The notes below the pieces were generated by a model. It saw nothing but the letters and a program-made list of their open reading frames with translations. It had not been told where the DNA came from and ran no database searches. From the NCBI GenBank assembly GCA_913062955.1, contig CAJXZP010000003.1, positions 45,883 to 109,882 of the forward strand: a DNA stretch of 64,000 nt, written 5' to 3'. This DNA is from an uncultured Flavobacteriales bacterium (GTDB lineage: Bacteria > Bacteroidota > Bacteroidia > Flavobacteriales_G > Salibacteraceae). Below, one piece after another: positions 27,697 to 38,833 of this stretch (within the stretch, counting starts at the first letter, position 1; every line of letters begins with the position of its first letter). The position numbers and the translations under genes were made by a program.

Positions 27697-30264
27697 TTAT
27701 TTTTTATCTGTTGTCGTTGCTTTTTTTACGACCGTAATTTTGACATTATCATTTTTCTTATCGATACCTACTTTAATCTTATCCCCTTCCGATATGTTTT
27801 GTTGGATAATTTCTTCGGCAATTGGATCTTCTAAGAATTTCTGTAAAGCACGTTTTAATGGACGGGCACCAAATTGAGAATCGTATCCCTTCGTGGCAAT
27901 AAATTCTTTGGCTGCTTTTGTTAACTCAATCTTGTAACCCAGTTCGTTTACTCTAAAGAATAAGCTTTTTAGTTCTATATCAATAATCTTAAAGATATCC
28001 TCCTGATCAAGTGCATTGAAAAGAATGACATCATCAATTCTATTCAAAAATTCTGGAGCAAAAGTTTTTTTCAGAGCTCTTTGAATAACCCCTTTTGCTT
28101 CGTTACTTTGATTGCTTGTTTTTGCATTTGTTGCAAACCCAACTCCTTGACCAAAATCTTTTAACTCACGAGACCCAATATTGGAAGTCATGATAATTAT
28201 GGTGTTTTTGAAGTCTATTTTTCTCCCTAAGCTATCGGTAACTTGACCGTCATCTAATACTTGTAACAAAATATTGTACACATCTGGATGCGCCTTTTCG
28301 ATTTCATCCAGTAAAATTACGGAATAGGGCTTCCGTCTTACTTTTTCCGTAAGCTGACCACCTTCTTCGTAACCTACGTATCCCGGAGGTGCTCCTACCA
28401 ATCTGGAAACTGCAAATTTCTCCATGTATTCACTCATGTCAATCCGGATCAAATTGTCGCGGTTATCGAATAAATACTTGGACAGTACTTTGGCTAATTG
28501 CGTTTTACCTACTCCCGTAGGACCAAGAAAAATAAAGGAACCAATCGGTTTGTTTGGATCCTTTAGTCCCGCCCGATTCCGTTGAATGGCTTTAACTACT
28601 TTTTCAACCGCTTCATCTTGACCAATCACTGCATGTTTAAGGTCATCCTTCATTGAGATCAGTTTTTCGCCTTCTTTTTGAGCAATTCGTTGGGTCGGGA
28701 TACCCGAAATCATACTCACTACTTCAGCAACACTATCTTCAGTAACTAACTCACGGTGTTTTTTAGTGTGATCTTCCCATTCCTTTTGAGCTATATCTAA
28801 CCGTTCTGTAAGCTTTTTCTCCTCATCTCTGAGTTGCGCTGCCTCCTCGTATTTTTGACGTTTGACAACGGTTAATTTTTTTTCTTTAACTTCTTCAATC
28901 GCTTTTTCAATTTCTAAGATGTCCTTGGGAACAACGATGTGGGTAATATGTACGCGTGATCCAGCTTCATCCAATGCATCAATTGCTTTGTCTGGTAAAT
29001 GACGATCCGAGATATAACGGTCTGTTAATTTAACACAGGCTTGAATAGCCTCAGGTGTGTAGATAACGTTATGATGTTCTTCGTATTTGGATTTTATGTT
29101 TTCCAAAATGGTAATGGTCTCTTCGACAGAAGTAGGTTCTACTACTACTTTTTGGAACCTTCTTTCTAAAGCCCCATCTTTTTCAATGTATTGTCTGTAT
29201 TCATCCAAGGTGGTTGCACCAATACATTGGATTTCTCCCCTAGCAAGCGCAGGTTTAAACATATTCGATGCATCTAACGATCCCGATGCTCCACCGGCAC
29301 CTACAATCGTATGAATCTCATCAATGAATAGAATCACATCATCCGATTTCTCCAATTCATTCATGACGGCTTTCATTCTTTCTTCAAATTGTCCTCGGTA
29401 TTTTGTACCCGCAACCAAAGAAGCCAAATCAAGGGTAACTACTCGTTTACCAAATAAAATTCGACTGACTTTCTTTTGTACAATCCGAAGAGCGAGTCCT
29501 TCGGCAATGGCAGATTTTCCAACCCCAGGTTCACCGATCAGTATGGGATTGTTCTTCTTTCTTCGACTCAAAATTTGAGAAACCCGCTCAATTTCTTTCG
29601 TACGACCAATAATGGGATCTAATTTCCCATCGACAGCCATACGTGTTAAATCCCTTCCAAAATTGTCTAGGACTGGTGTCGTGGATTTAGAGTCACCTTT
29701 TGGTTTGGATGAAGATCCTCCAAATGAACCTCCCATACCTTCCGGCCTTCCCTCATCATCTTCAGGGGTGCCACCAGAAATATTTGCTCGAGGTGTCGGG
29801 GTGATTCCTTCCGGCTCAGAGCCAGATAAGATTTTTTCTAATTCGTTTTTCACAGTATCGTAGTTAATATTAAATTGAGCTAGAATTCTACTGGCCACAT
29901 TTGTTTGCTCTTTCAGGATAGAAAGTAAAAAATGTTCGGTGCCAATCATTCTACTTTTGAATAATTTGGCCTCTAAAAACGTTAGCTTCAACGTTTTTTC
30001 GGCTTGCTTTACCAATGGGATATTCGTTTGGTTCATGTTGGAAATAGACTTTGAAGAAGGTTTTATTGCCTCTTCAATTAGTTTTCTCAACTCTTGAATA
30101 TCCATATTAAGATTCTCAAGAACCTTTATGGCTACTCCCTGGCCTTCACGAATGATTCCAAGCATAAAGTGTTCGTTTCCAATATAGTCATGGCCTAAGC
30201 GTAAGGCCTCTTCACGACTATAAGTCAACACATCTTTTGCTCGAGGTGATAAGTTGTTTTCCAT
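27697..30264 (-). CDS. clpC: ATP-dependent Clp protease ATP-binding subunit ClpC
   Basis: Start moved to MENNLS (30264). Clp-N repeats, GEPGVGKS and GPTGVGKT Walker A motifs, UVR segment (QKYEEAAQLRDEE), FAPEFLNRID. Confidence 0.95.
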   Translation of the reverse strand: MENNLSPRAKDVLTYSREEALRLGHDYIGNEHFMLGIIREGQGVAIKVLENLNMDIQELRKLIEEAIKPSSKSISNMNQTNIPLVKQAEKTLKLTFLEAKLFKSRMIGTEHFLLSILKEQTNVASRILAQFNINYDTVKNELEKILSGSEPEGITPTPRANISGGTPEDDEGRPEGMGGSFGGSSSKPKGDSKSTTPVLDNFGRDLTRMAVDGKLDPIIGRTKEIERVSQILSRRKKNNPILIGEPGVGKSAIAEGLALRIVQKKVSRILFGKRVVTLDLASLVAGTKYRGQFEERMKAVMNELEKSDDVILFIDEIHTIVGAGGASGSLDASNMFKPALARGEIQCIGATTLDEYRQYIEKDGALERRFQKVVVEPTSVEETITILENIKSKYEEHHNVIYTPEAIQACVKLTDRYISDRHLPDKAIDALDEAGSRVHITHIVVPKDILEIEKAIEEVKEKKLTVVKRQKYEEAAQLRDEEKKLTERLDIAQKEWEDHTKKHRELVTEDSVAEVVSMISGIPTQRIAQKEGEKLISMKDDLKHAVIGQDEAVEKVVKAIQRNRAGLKDPNKPIGSFIFLGPTGVGKTQLAKVLSKYLFDNRDNLIRIDMSEYMEKFAVSRLVGAPPGYVGYEEGGQLTEKVRRKPYSVILLDEIEKAHPDVYNILLQVLDDGQVTDSLGRKIDFKNTIIIMTSNIGSRELKDFGQGVGFATNAKTSNQSNEAKGVIQRALKKTFAPEFLNRIDDVILFNALDQEDIFKIIDIELKSLFFRVNELGYKIELTKAAKEFIATKGYDSQFGARPLKRALQKFLEDPIAEEIIQQNISEGDKIKVGIDKKNDNVKITVVKKATTTDKK

Positions 30265-30528
30265 GCTATAATTGGATCTTTTTGTTGTTGATTTTAAAGT
30301 ATGAATATACGAAAAAAAATGATAATTGTTGTTAGTTATGTTCGTCTCAAAAATATTGGTTGTATGGGCGTTGAAGCCTAAAATAGGAGGGCTATTTATT
30401 AACTGATTTTTGTTAATAAATTCGGTAGTTTTCAACACTGTTTTTTGAGGTCGGAATTGTACTTTCGGAAGTTGGTCGGAATATTTTGGCGACTTAATGC
30501 AAACAACTGATAATAAACTACATATAAT

Positions 30529-33096
30529 ATGTCGGACGGAGAAAAGATTATTAAAATAAATATCGAGGACGAAATGAAATCAGCTTACATTGACTATTCA
30601 ATGTCTGTAATTGTTTCTAGAGCCCTTCCTGATGTGCGTGATGGGATGAAACCTGTACACCGTAGAGTTCTTTACGGTATGCTAGATTTGGGGGTATATT
30701 CTAATAAAGCACATAAAAAGTCGGCTAGAATTGTTGGGGAAGTACTCGGTAAGTATCACCCACACGGTGATACATCTGTTTACGATGCCATGGTACGAAT
30801 GGCACAACCTTGGTCGCTTCGTTATCCATTAGTGGATGGTCAAGGAAACTTTGGTTCGGTGGATGGTGATAGTCCGGCTGCCATGCGTTATACCGAAGCA
30901 CGTTTACGTAAGCTCTCCGAAGAAATGCTAGCTGATATTGAAAAAGATACCGTTGATTTTTCAAATAACTTTGATGATTCCTTAACAGAACCCACCGTTT
31001 TACCTGCGATGTTACCCAATTTGTTATTGAATGGAGCAAGTGGTATTGCGGTAGGAATGGCAACAAATATGCCTCCGCATAACTTGACCGAAATTATCAA
31101 TGGTACTTTGGCCTATATTGAAAATAATGATATCACCACTGATGAATTATTACAACATGTAAAAGCACCCGATTTTCCAACAGGAGGTATCATATATGGA
31201 TACGAAGGCGTACGTCAAGCCTTTGAAACTGGTCGTGGTAAAATTGTCATGCGTGCGAAAACAGAGATTGAGGAATCTCCAACTGGTCGTGAACGAATTA
31301 TTGTCACGGAAATCCCTTACCAAGTAAACAAAGCCGAAATGATTGCCAAGACAGCCGACTTGGTGAACGATAAAAAAATTGAAGGTATTTCGGATATTCG
31401 GGATGAATCGGATAGAACAGGAATGCGTATTGTTTATGAATTGAAGCGTGACGCCATTACCAATGTGGTAATGAATAACCTTTTTAAATATACCCAGTTA
31501 CAAACTTCTTTCTCGGTAAATAATGTGGCCCTTGTTAAGGGACGTCCTTATTTATTGAATTTAAAAGAAATGATTGGTCACTATGTAGATCACCGTATGG
31601 ATGTGGTGACTCGTAGAACCAAGTTTGATTTAAGAAAAGCAGAAGAAAGAGCCCATATATTAGAAGGGTTAATTATTGCTTCAGATAATATTGATGAAGT
31701 AATTAAATTAATTAGAAGCTCAAATAATACAGAGGAAGCTCGTGGTAAATTGATCCAAAGGTTTGACTTATCAGAAATTCAAGCCCGTGCTATTGTTGAA
31801 ATGCGTCTACGTCAATTAACAGGCCTGGAGCAAGATAAATTACGTGCCGAATATGAGGAGTTAATGAAAACCATCGATGGTTTAAAAGCCATTTTGGCCA
31901 GTGAGCAATTACGTTTCGAAATAATTGTGGGAGAATTAACTCGAATTAAGGAAAAATATGGAGATGAACGAAATACGGTTATTGAGTATAACTCCGCTGA
32001 TTTCCGTATAGAAGATATGATACCCAATGAACAAGTGGTGATCATGATCTCTCACCTTGGGTATATTAAAAGAACCCCATTAGCTGAATTTAAAACGCAA
32101 GCTAGAGGTGGAAGAGGTTCCAGAGGCTCTTCTACTCGTAATGAAGATTTCTTAGCTGAAATGTTTGTGGCCAACACGCATAACTATTTATTAGTGTTTA
32201 CCCAAAAGGGAAAATGTTTCTGGATGCGTGTATTCGAAATTCCAGAAGGTGGAAAAGGAGCTAAAGGTCGTGCGATTCAAAACATGATCAACTTAGAGCC
32301 GGACGATAAAGTATTGACCTACATTAATGTGGAAGATATTAAAAATGAGGATTATGTAAAGAATTTGAACATTGTGATGTGTACCAGAAATGGTGTGATC
32401 AAGAAAACAAGTTTAGAAGCTTATTCTCGTCCAAGAACCAACGGTATCATCGCTATTAACGTAAGAGAAGGTGATGAGCTATTAGAGGCAAAATTAACCA
32501 CCGGTGATTCTCAAATTATTATGGCATTGCATTCGGGTAGAGCTATCCGATTTGAAGAAAGTAAGGTGAGAACCATGGGTAGAGGTGCTTCTGGTGTACG
32601 AGGTATTACCTTAGCGAATGAGGATGATCGAGTGGTCGGAATGATTTGCGTCAACGATATTGAATCTAGCGTAATGGTTGTTTCAGATAAAGGCTATGGT
32701 AAACGTACCGCAGTGGACGATTATCGTATTACAAATAGAGGTGGTAAAGGTGTGAAAACACTTCAGGTTACCGAAAAAACAGGTCACGTAATCTCTATTA
32801 AGAATGTAACGGATGAAGACGACTTAATGATTATTAACAAAAAGGGTATTACGATCCGTATGGCGTTAAAATCAGTAAGAGTTATGGGGAGAGCTACCCA
32901 AGGTGTACGTTTAATCAACTTAGGTAAAGGGGATAGCATTGCTGCAGTGGCAAAAGTACCGCATGATGATTCAGAAGATGAACAAGAAGAAGGTACGGAA
33001 GAGGGAGCTGAAAATGCAGGCGATGAAGATAGCGCAGAGGATTCAACCGAGGAGTCTGGCACGGATAATGCAAATGAAGAAGAGAATAATGATTAA
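30529..33096 (+). CDS. gyrA: DNA gyrase subunit A
   Basis: [15 protein letters not shown] catalytic Tyr, GyrA-box-like QARGGRG, acidic C-terminal tail. Confidence 0.97.
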   Translation: MSDGEKIIKINIEDEMKSAYIDYSMSVIVSRALPDVRDGMKPVHRRVLYGMLDLGVYSNKAHKKSARIVGEVLGKYHPHGDTSVYDAMVRMAQPWSLRYPLVDGQGNFGSVDGDSPAAMRYTEARLRKLSEEMLADIEKDTVDFSNNFDDSLTEPTVLPAMLPNLLLNGASGIAVGMATNMPPHNLTEIINGTLAYIENNDITTDELLQHVKAPDFPTGGIIYGYEGVRQAFETGRGKIVMRAKTEIEESPTGRERIIVTEIPYQVNKAEMIAKTADLVNDKKIEGISDIRDESDRTGMRIVYELKRDAITNVVMNNLFKYTQLQTSFSVNNVALVKGRPYLLNLKEMIGHYVDHRMDVVTRRTKFDLRKAEERAHILEGLIIASDNIDEVIKLIRSSNNTEEARGKLIQRFDLSEIQARAIVEMRLRQLTGLEQDKLRAEYEELMKTIDGLKAILASEQLRFEIIVGELTRIKEKYGDERNTVIEYNSADFRIEDMIPNEQVVIMISHLGYIKRTPLAEFKTQARGGRGSRGSSTRNEDFLAEMFVANTHNYLLVFTQKGKCFWMRVFEIPEGGKGAKGRAIQNMINLEPDDKVLTYINVEDIKNEDYVKNLNIVMCTRNGVIKKTSLEAYSRPRTNGIIAINVREGDELLEAKLTTGDSQIIMALHSGRAIRFEESKVRTMGRGASGVRGITLANEDDRVVGMICVNDIESSVMVVSDKGYGKRTAVDDYRITNRGGKGVKTLQVTEKTGHVISIKNVTDEDDLMIINKKGITIRMALKSVRVMGRATQGVRLINLGKGDSIAAVAKVPHDDSEDEQEEGTEEGAENAGDEDSAEDSTEESGTDNANEEENND

Positions 33097-33146
33097 TTTT
33101 GCATTCCAAGTTTTAAAAAAAAAGTAGAAAAATTAAATTTTAGAAT

Positions 33147-34304
33147 ATGAAAAAGATAGTTATTGCGATAATGATGTTCGCAATTACAGGAGGTGTTTTT
33201 GCACAAGGAGCTAAGGTAACTAGTGCTAACAACTATTATAAATCAGGTGATTTAAGAAAAGCTAAAACAGCTATTGATCAGGCTTCTGTTCATGTGAAAA
33301 CAGGTACTTGGCCAAAGACATGGTCGTATATGGGGAAGATATACTATGCTATTGCCGTGGATACTACAGCTGAATATAAAGATATTCAGCCGGGAGCCAT
33401 TTATAAGTCGGCTGATGCATTTGAAAAGGTAGTTGCAAATCCAGATTCTAAAATAAATTTAGGAGAAGTAAGAATGTACTTGATGAGGGATGTATATAAT
33501 AAAATGTATAATGATGCTTATACCGCTTATTCTGCTAAGGATTATATGGCTGCTTCAAAAGGGTTTGTTAGATGCGCTCAAATTAGAAGTATATATGATG
33601 AAGTGGATACTTCAGGTTACTTTAATGCTGCGGGTATGTACGCTATGGCAGAAGAACATGATTCGGCCATAAAGTATTACAATGAAATTTTGACCACCGG
33701 TTATGAAGATGGTGTGGTATACTCGAAAATTTCAAGAGAGTATTTATTGAACTCGGATACAGCCGGAGCAATGAAAGTGGTTGCCGAAGGGCGTGCAGCG
33801 TATCCTGATAATCAGGCTTTATTGATTTCTGAGTTTAACTTATACGTTGAAATGGGTGAGACCGAAAAAGCAATTTCCAATATCGATCAAGCGATTGAAG
33901 CAAATCCTGGGAAACCTGCCTATTACTATGTAAGAGGTAAATTGAAGGAAACGCAAAACGATTTAGTGGGTGCGGAAGCGGATTATATTAAAACGATTGA
34001 AGTAGATCCTAAGCATTTAGATGCGAATCACGATTTAGGGGCATTATACATCAATGAATCTGTGAAAATAGTAGCCGAAATGGATGCTTTACCATACAGT
34101 GATACCAAAGGTTACGATGCTAAGAAAATAGAGTTAGAAGCCGTATATGCTAAAGCTTTACCTTTCCTTAAAATGGCCTATGAAATTGATCCTTCAGATG
34201 TGGAGGTTCAAGGTATTTTGAAAAAATTATATTTGCGTTCTAAGGATATGGATAGCTTTAACAAGTTGCAAAAAGAAATTGATGCAGCAGATGCAGCTGA
34301 ATAA
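33147..34304 (+). CDS. Exported tetratricopeptide-repeat protein
   Basis: Signal peptide (VFAQ) and multiple TPR-like helices; commonly follows gyrA in Bacteroidota (recall). Confidence 0.82.
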   Translation: MKKIVIAIMMFAITGGVFAQGAKVTSANNYYKSGDLRKAKTAIDQASVHVKTGTWPKTWSYMGKIYYAIAVDTTAEYKDIQPGAIYKSADAFEKVVANPDSKINLGEVRMYLMRDVYNKMYNDAYTAYSAKDYMAASKGFVRCAQIRSIYDEVDTSGYFNAAGMYAMAEEHDSAIKYYNEILTTGYEDGVVYSKISREYLLNSDTAGAMKVVAEGRAAYPDNQALLISEFNLYVEMGETEKAISNIDQAIEANPGKPAYYYVRGKLKETQNDLVGAEADYIKTIEVDPKHLDANHDLGALYINESVKIVAEMDALPYSDTKGYDAKKIELEAVYAKALPFLKMAYEIDPSDVEVQGILKKLYLRSKDMDSFNKLQKEIDAADAAE

Positions 34305-34324
34305 TTGAACGAATTAAAATAGGG

Positions 34325-34357
34325 AAGCCTGGCTTGAAAAAGTCAGGCTTTTTTTTT
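34325..34357 (+). terminator. Intrinsic terminator
   Basis: AAGCCTGGCT / AGTCAGGCTT stem followed by a long T-run. Confidence 0.8.
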
Positions 34358-34359
34358 GA

Positions 34360-35238
34360 CTAAAACTTTAATATCCTATTAGGCTCTCTTCCATACCCTA
34401 TTATTTCTATTTGACTCTGTTTTAATAGGCCAATACAAAACGAATTTTGATTAAGGCTACCCACCATTCCTTGTAGGGTAAGGTAGTGAATACCATTTTT
34501 AATAGCATAGTTTCCGGGGTGGTGATGTCCGTTTATAAAGGCTTTAACACTTCTATGTTTTTCAATTAACTGTATTACCTCGATATCATTCCACAAATTG
34601 GCCGTCCCGCCTGGGTAAATCGGGAAATGACAGAGTATTAATACGTCTCTTTTTAATTTATCTGCCTGGTTTAATTCAGATTCTAACCATAATAATTGAT
34701 TCCTTCCAATGGCCCCATTCCATGGTTTGGCTTGTATTCGACCTTCTTTTTTATATTGATTCATCAAGGAGTCGGAATAGGCAATTTTACAACTATCCAT
34801 AGACGAATATGGGGATATGTCCGTTCCATCCAATAGAATCAACCTCCAATTTTGAATTTCCATGCTGGAATACAATTTGGACATGTTTAGCCTCTTGGGT
34901 ACTTTACTTTTTAAGGTGTCTTCTACCGAAAAATCATGATTACCCAGTACATGATAATGTGGCATTTTAAGGGAGTTAAAAATGGGGGTAACGATTTCGT
35001 AACTGGTATATTCTCTATCAATGAAGTCGCCTAGATGGAAAGTGAAATTTACATTTTTTGTGTTAAAGGTATCTACTGCTTGTTGTAGTCTGAAAGATGA
35101 TTTTGAATAATTATTGTTCCATTTTTCAGAATAGGGACAATTGCAAAATTGACAATCAGCAATTAACCCTAAAGAAATGGATTGGGCATTAAGAGAGGTA
35201 GTTATTACCCAAAATGCTACGGTGATCAAAGTTTTCAT
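34360..35238 (-). CDS. Exported calcineurin-like metallophosphoesterase (ADP-ribose/CDP-alcohol diphosphatase-like)
   Basis: IADCQF, HLGDFID, LGNHDF, CHFP, GHHH motifs; signal peptide (LNAQ). Confidence 0.85.
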   Translation of the reverse strand: MKTLITVAFWVITTSLNAQSISLGLIADCQFCNCPYSEKWNNNYSKSSFRLQQAVDTFNTKNVNFTFHLGDFIDREYTSYEIVTPIFNSLKMPHYHVLGNHDFSVEDTLKSKVPKRLNMSKLYSSMEIQNWRLILLDGTDISPYSSMDSCKIAYSDSLMNQYKKEGRIQAKPWNGAIGRNQLLWLESELNQADKLKRDVLILCHFPIYPGGTANLWNDIEVIQLIEKHRSVKAFINGHHHPGNYAIKNGIHYLTLQGMVGSLNQNSFCIGLLKQSQIEIIGYGREPNRILKF

Positions 35239-35895
35239 AGGGTAAAACTATAACATTAAAATGGAAATTTTGGAGGGTATATCGGTTGGGTTTGGCAACC
35301 ATTTTTAATGAACTTATTGCTCTTTTTTGGAAGTGTTGTAAATTCCTTTCTTGAAACAGGAAGGTGCCGCTGGGTATCGTGTTTTGGTTTTTAGGTGGAA
35401 TACCCATGCTATTTTCCGAATGGGTTGAAAAAGTAATGAGAAACAAGAAGCATCGGAACCACTGGTTAAGTAGCTTTTGTCTGGGTGTAGCTGATCAAGC
35501 TTGGTTTTCGTAATCCACATCAAGTAGGCTTCCATAAATGTTTCACCAAGCTTCAGAGAGTTCTGTATATATGACATCCCGATTTTTCCTCCGGTTGTAG
35601 GTTTTGGATAAATAGCCTCTTTAATAATGGGGATACGGAGTTTTAAACTGAAGTTTAATGTTTGGTTTTCTGTCCTGGAATTCTTGAATAAGTAGAGATT
35701 CCGGCAAAAATGAAAGCATATATAGGGAATGAATTTTGAACATTAACAGGATACCGTTACAAGGTTAACTTATTGCATAAATCACAAAAATGAACCTGCA
35801 CTGATCAAAATAACTGAAATATATACAGTGAGTAATAAGGATGGATTTAGTGTTTGATATTAAGGTAATTACCACGGATTAAAACAGCATGTTAA

Positions 35896-35928
35896 ATTGG
35901 CATAAAAGCGGCATTTATTTTATGTTTG
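35896..35928 (+). promoter_or_regulatory. Probable sigma70 promoter for the WG-repeat operon
   Basis: ATTG (35896-35899), 21-nt spacer, TATGTTTG (35921-35928); supports a start at ATG 35951. Confidence 0.45.
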
Positions 35929-35950
35929 TTACATGAAAATTTCTCGCAAA

Positions 35951-38050
35951 ATGAGTAAAAAAATTCTGTTGCTTTTTTTTCTTTTTGTTTCTTTTTCCTC
36001 CTTGGCAGGTAAGTTAGAAAAGGGGTTTGAAGCTTTGTACCAGTTTGATTATTTCAAGGCTAAAGAATATTTTGAAAAATCTTTAGAGAAAGAAACTGCA
36101 GGTGCTGCTTTTGGTTTATGTAAAGTTTATGTGGCCGAAAAAAGTCCGTTTTTTAACGTGGATACGGCCTTTAAATTTATACGTATTTGCGATCTTGCAT
36201 TTCAAGATATGGAAGAAAAGGATTTGGAACCTTTATTCGAATTGGAAATTACTTTGGCAACCATTAGAAGGGAAAAAATTCGTATTGCTACCTATTACTT
36301 TAAACGAGTTACGGATATAAATACGGTAGAGGGATATCAAAACTTCATTTCTGAACATCCGTATGCGGAAGATTTTGACGAAGCTGAAAAATTGAGAAAT
36401 CATTTAGCGTTTTTGGAAGCTGCTCAGACCCATACCATGGAAAGTTATGAAATCTACCTTAGAAACTATCCAGAGGCAACGGACTTCCCATTGGCCCAAA
36501 AAAAACACGAACTATTGGAATATAAAAAATTGACCCGAGAGGGGGACGCTTATAGTTTTAAGGTGTTTATTATTAATCGTCCGGATAACCCATATGTAGA
36601 GGAAGCAGAGGAAGAAGTTTATAAAATATCTACGCTAGATAAAAACCCAGAATCCTTTGAAAGTTTTATTGGAGACAATCCTAATAATCCACATGTGCTT
36701 GAGGCTTGGGATGTATTGTATAAATTACGAACGGGTGCATTTAGTCCGCAGGAAATTTCCGAATTTATGATTGATTATCCTGATTACCCGAAAGTCGATG
36801 GCCTAGGAGCAGAATTGGAATTGGCTAAAATGCCTTTAATACCTGCTAGGGAAAAGGGTGTTTGGGGTTATGTGGATACTACCGGTGCTTGGGTTTTGAG
36901 CCCTAAATTTGCTTGGGCCTCCGATTTCTCAGAAGGGAAAGCGGTAGTTGGATTCTTTGGGAAAACCGTATTTGTAAATAAACATGGAACATTGATATAT
37001 TCTCATATGTTTGATGATGCAACGAGTTTTAACGAAGGTTTGGCTGTAGTTGAAGTGGAAGAGAAAATGGGCGTAATTAACTTTATGGGCGATACCATCA
37101 TTCCCATAATTTATGATGAAATGGGTGAGTTTTCACAAGGCCTCATATACGCTGGTGTAAATGGTAAATTTGGGTATTTCGATGAATCCGGTAAAGAAAT
37201 TGTTCCTGGGGTGTATGAATCGGCTTTCGATTTTAAACATAATAAAGCCATTGTTCAACAAAATGGGATGTATGGCGTGGTTAATGTCTTAGGGCAACCG
37301 TTACTACCGTGCAGTTACGAATGGATTATTCCGGATAGTGCCAATTATGTGGTAAAAAAAGGGAATATGTATGGCCTTATTTCTGTTTTGGGAGATACAT
37401 TATTAGGTTTTGAGTATTCTCTAATTAGTTCCTTTTCCAATAAAAGAGCCATTGCGGTTAAAGATGAAAAATATACTTATATAGACTTTTCTGGACAAAC
37501 AGCCTTTTCGCAAACATTCGATTTCTTACCTTCAACTTTAAATTATAGTTCCTTCTTAAATGGATATGCCCGGATAATACATAAGGATAAGGTGGGGATA
37601 ATTGATACTGAAGGTAAAAAAGTAATGCCCACTATTTTTAAGGATATGGGTAATTATGATCCTTTATTAACTCCAATTTCTAAAACTGGAAAATGGGGGT
37701 ATGCGGATGCCAATGTAAAACTGGTGATTCCATATGAATATGCATATGCCTATAATTTTTCGAATGGATATGCTGTTGTTGAAAACGATACATCCAAGGG
37801 ATTGATTGATACGAGTAATAACTTGATTATTCCGTTTGGGTACTCTAAAATAAATAGAATAGATACCATTAATTTGGTGATTGAAAAGGATGGGAGTTTT
37901 GGATTGGTAAACTTTAGTAATGAAGAATTAGTCCCTTTACGATTTAATTCTTATTCGGTGGACCTTCAAAATATCGTATTTATGTCGGAGTCCGAAATGT
38001 TGATTTTTAGGAGAGAGTCGCAAAAAGTAATTTACAGGGAAAAGCAATAG
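35951..38050 (+). CDS. Exported WG-repeat protein with N-terminal helical repeats
   Basis: Signal peptide; many WGYxDxxG / FSEGxAxV repeats; five YxxFlxxYP-type helical repeats near the N-terminus. Confidence 0.85.
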   Translation: MSKKILLLFFLFVSFSSLAGKLEKGFEALYQFDYFKAKEYFEKSLEKETAGAAFGLCKVYVAEKSPFFNVDTAFKFIRICDLAFQDMEEKDLEPLFELEITLATIRREKIRIATYYFKRVTDINTVEGYQNFISEHPYAEDFDEAEKLRNHLAFLEAAQTHTMESYEIYLRNYPEATDFPLAQKKHELLEYKKLTREGDAYSFKVFIINRPDNPYVEEAEEEVYKISTLDKNPESFESFIGDNPNNPHVLEAWDVLYKLRTGAFSPQEISEFMIDYPDYPKVDGLGAELELAKMPLIPAREKGVWGYVDTTGAWVLSPKFAWASDFSEGKAVVGFFGKTVFVNKHGTLIYSHMFDDATSFNEGLAVVEVEEKMGVINFMGDTIIPIIYDEMGEFSQGLIYAGVNGKFGYFDESGKEIVPGVYESAFDFKHNKAIVQQNGMYGVVNVLGQPLLPCSYEWIIPDSANYVVKKGNMYGLISVLGDTLLGFEYSLISSFSNKRAIAVKDEKYTYIDFSGQTAFSQTFDFLPSTLNYSSFLNGYARIIHKDKVGIIDTEGKKVMPTIFKDMGNYDPLLTPISKTGKWGYADANVKLVIPYEYAYAYNFSNGYAVVENDTSKGLIDTSNNLIIPFGYSKINRIDTINLVIEKDGSFGLVNFSNEELVPLRFNSYSVDLQNIVFMSESEMLIFRRESQKVIYREKQ

Positions 38051-38070
38051 ATACTATTTTCAAATTTTTC

Positions 38071-38832
38071 ATGTTACAATTCATCGACCGTCATAAGTTT
38101 GGCCTCCTAGGTACCATTCTATTACACTTCTTTTTTATTCTAGGTGCTACCTATGTTCAGTTGCCTGAAGGGGAGGTAGAAACCAAATTGGTCATTGCGT
38201 TGAGTTTTATGGAGACCGTACAAGAAACATCGGATAATTCGAAAGAAATGGTACCGGAAATTCCTGCCACTCTAAAATCTAATAAAGCCGTAAATGAAAG
38301 TGCACCTAATGAGGTAAAGTCTGGTGATTACAACGAGTATAATAGGGATCCTTCCGAAAGTAGTAAAAAGAGTTTTGAACAACAGTTGGAAGAAGAATTG
38401 AAAGCCTTGGAGGAGCAAGTGATTCAAGAGCAAAGAGATGCAGGTTATGGGTATAGCCAGGAAGAAATTGACCAGATGTTGAAAACGAAGAAAAATGAAG
38501 ATTTGGAGGAGGTGGTAGAACAGGAACCTAGATCCGAATCTGCTGTCAAAGGAAACACTAATATCACCTATAAATTAAATAATAGATACGATACCAAACT
38601 GGAAGTCCCGGTGTATATGTGTCAATATGGAGGAGTGGTGGTTATTAATATTGCTGTGGATAAACATGGAAAGGTAGTTTCAGCAAAGGTGGATGAGGAA
38701 TCCTCCAAAACAACCGACTTGTGTTTACTAAAAGCAGCATTGAAAAGTGCAAAGAATACCCATTTTAATAGAAAAAATGAGGCTTCCCGTATTCAAATGG
38801 GAAGTATTACTTACCGATTTATTGAGCAATAG
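38071..38832 (+). CDS. TonB-like energy transducer family protein
   Basis: N-terminal anchor GLLGTILLH, acidic linker, C-terminal GVVVINIAVDKHGKV...GSITYRF. Confidence 0.72.
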   Translation: MLQFIDRHKFGLLGTILLHFFFILGATYVQLPEGEVETKLVIALSFMETVQETSDNSKEMVPEIPATLKSNKAVNESAPNEVKSGDYNEYNRDPSESSKKSFEQQLEEELKALEEQVIQEQRDAGYGYSQEEIDQMLKTKKNEDLEEVVEQEPRSESAVKGNTNITYKLNNRYDTKLEVPVYMCQYGGVVVINIAVDKHGKVVSAKVDEESSKTTDLCLLKAALKSAKNTHFNRKNEASRIQMGSITYRFIEQ

Positions 38833-38833
38833 A

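Noticed and set aside
30451-30481. Three TCGGAA hexamers upstream of gyrA
   Set aside because: Irregular spacing (14 and 11 nt) and short length; no known operator matches.
30529-33096. Thr at the GyrA Ser83-equivalent position (HPHGDTSVY) as quinolone resistance
   Set aside because: Thr is the usual wild-type residue in many Bacteroidota; not evidence of acquired resistance.
35314-35577. 87-aa ORF, and the overlapping 85-aa ORF at 35189-35446
   Set aside because: No recognisable motifs, atypical composition and overlapping alternative frames; not called as CDS.
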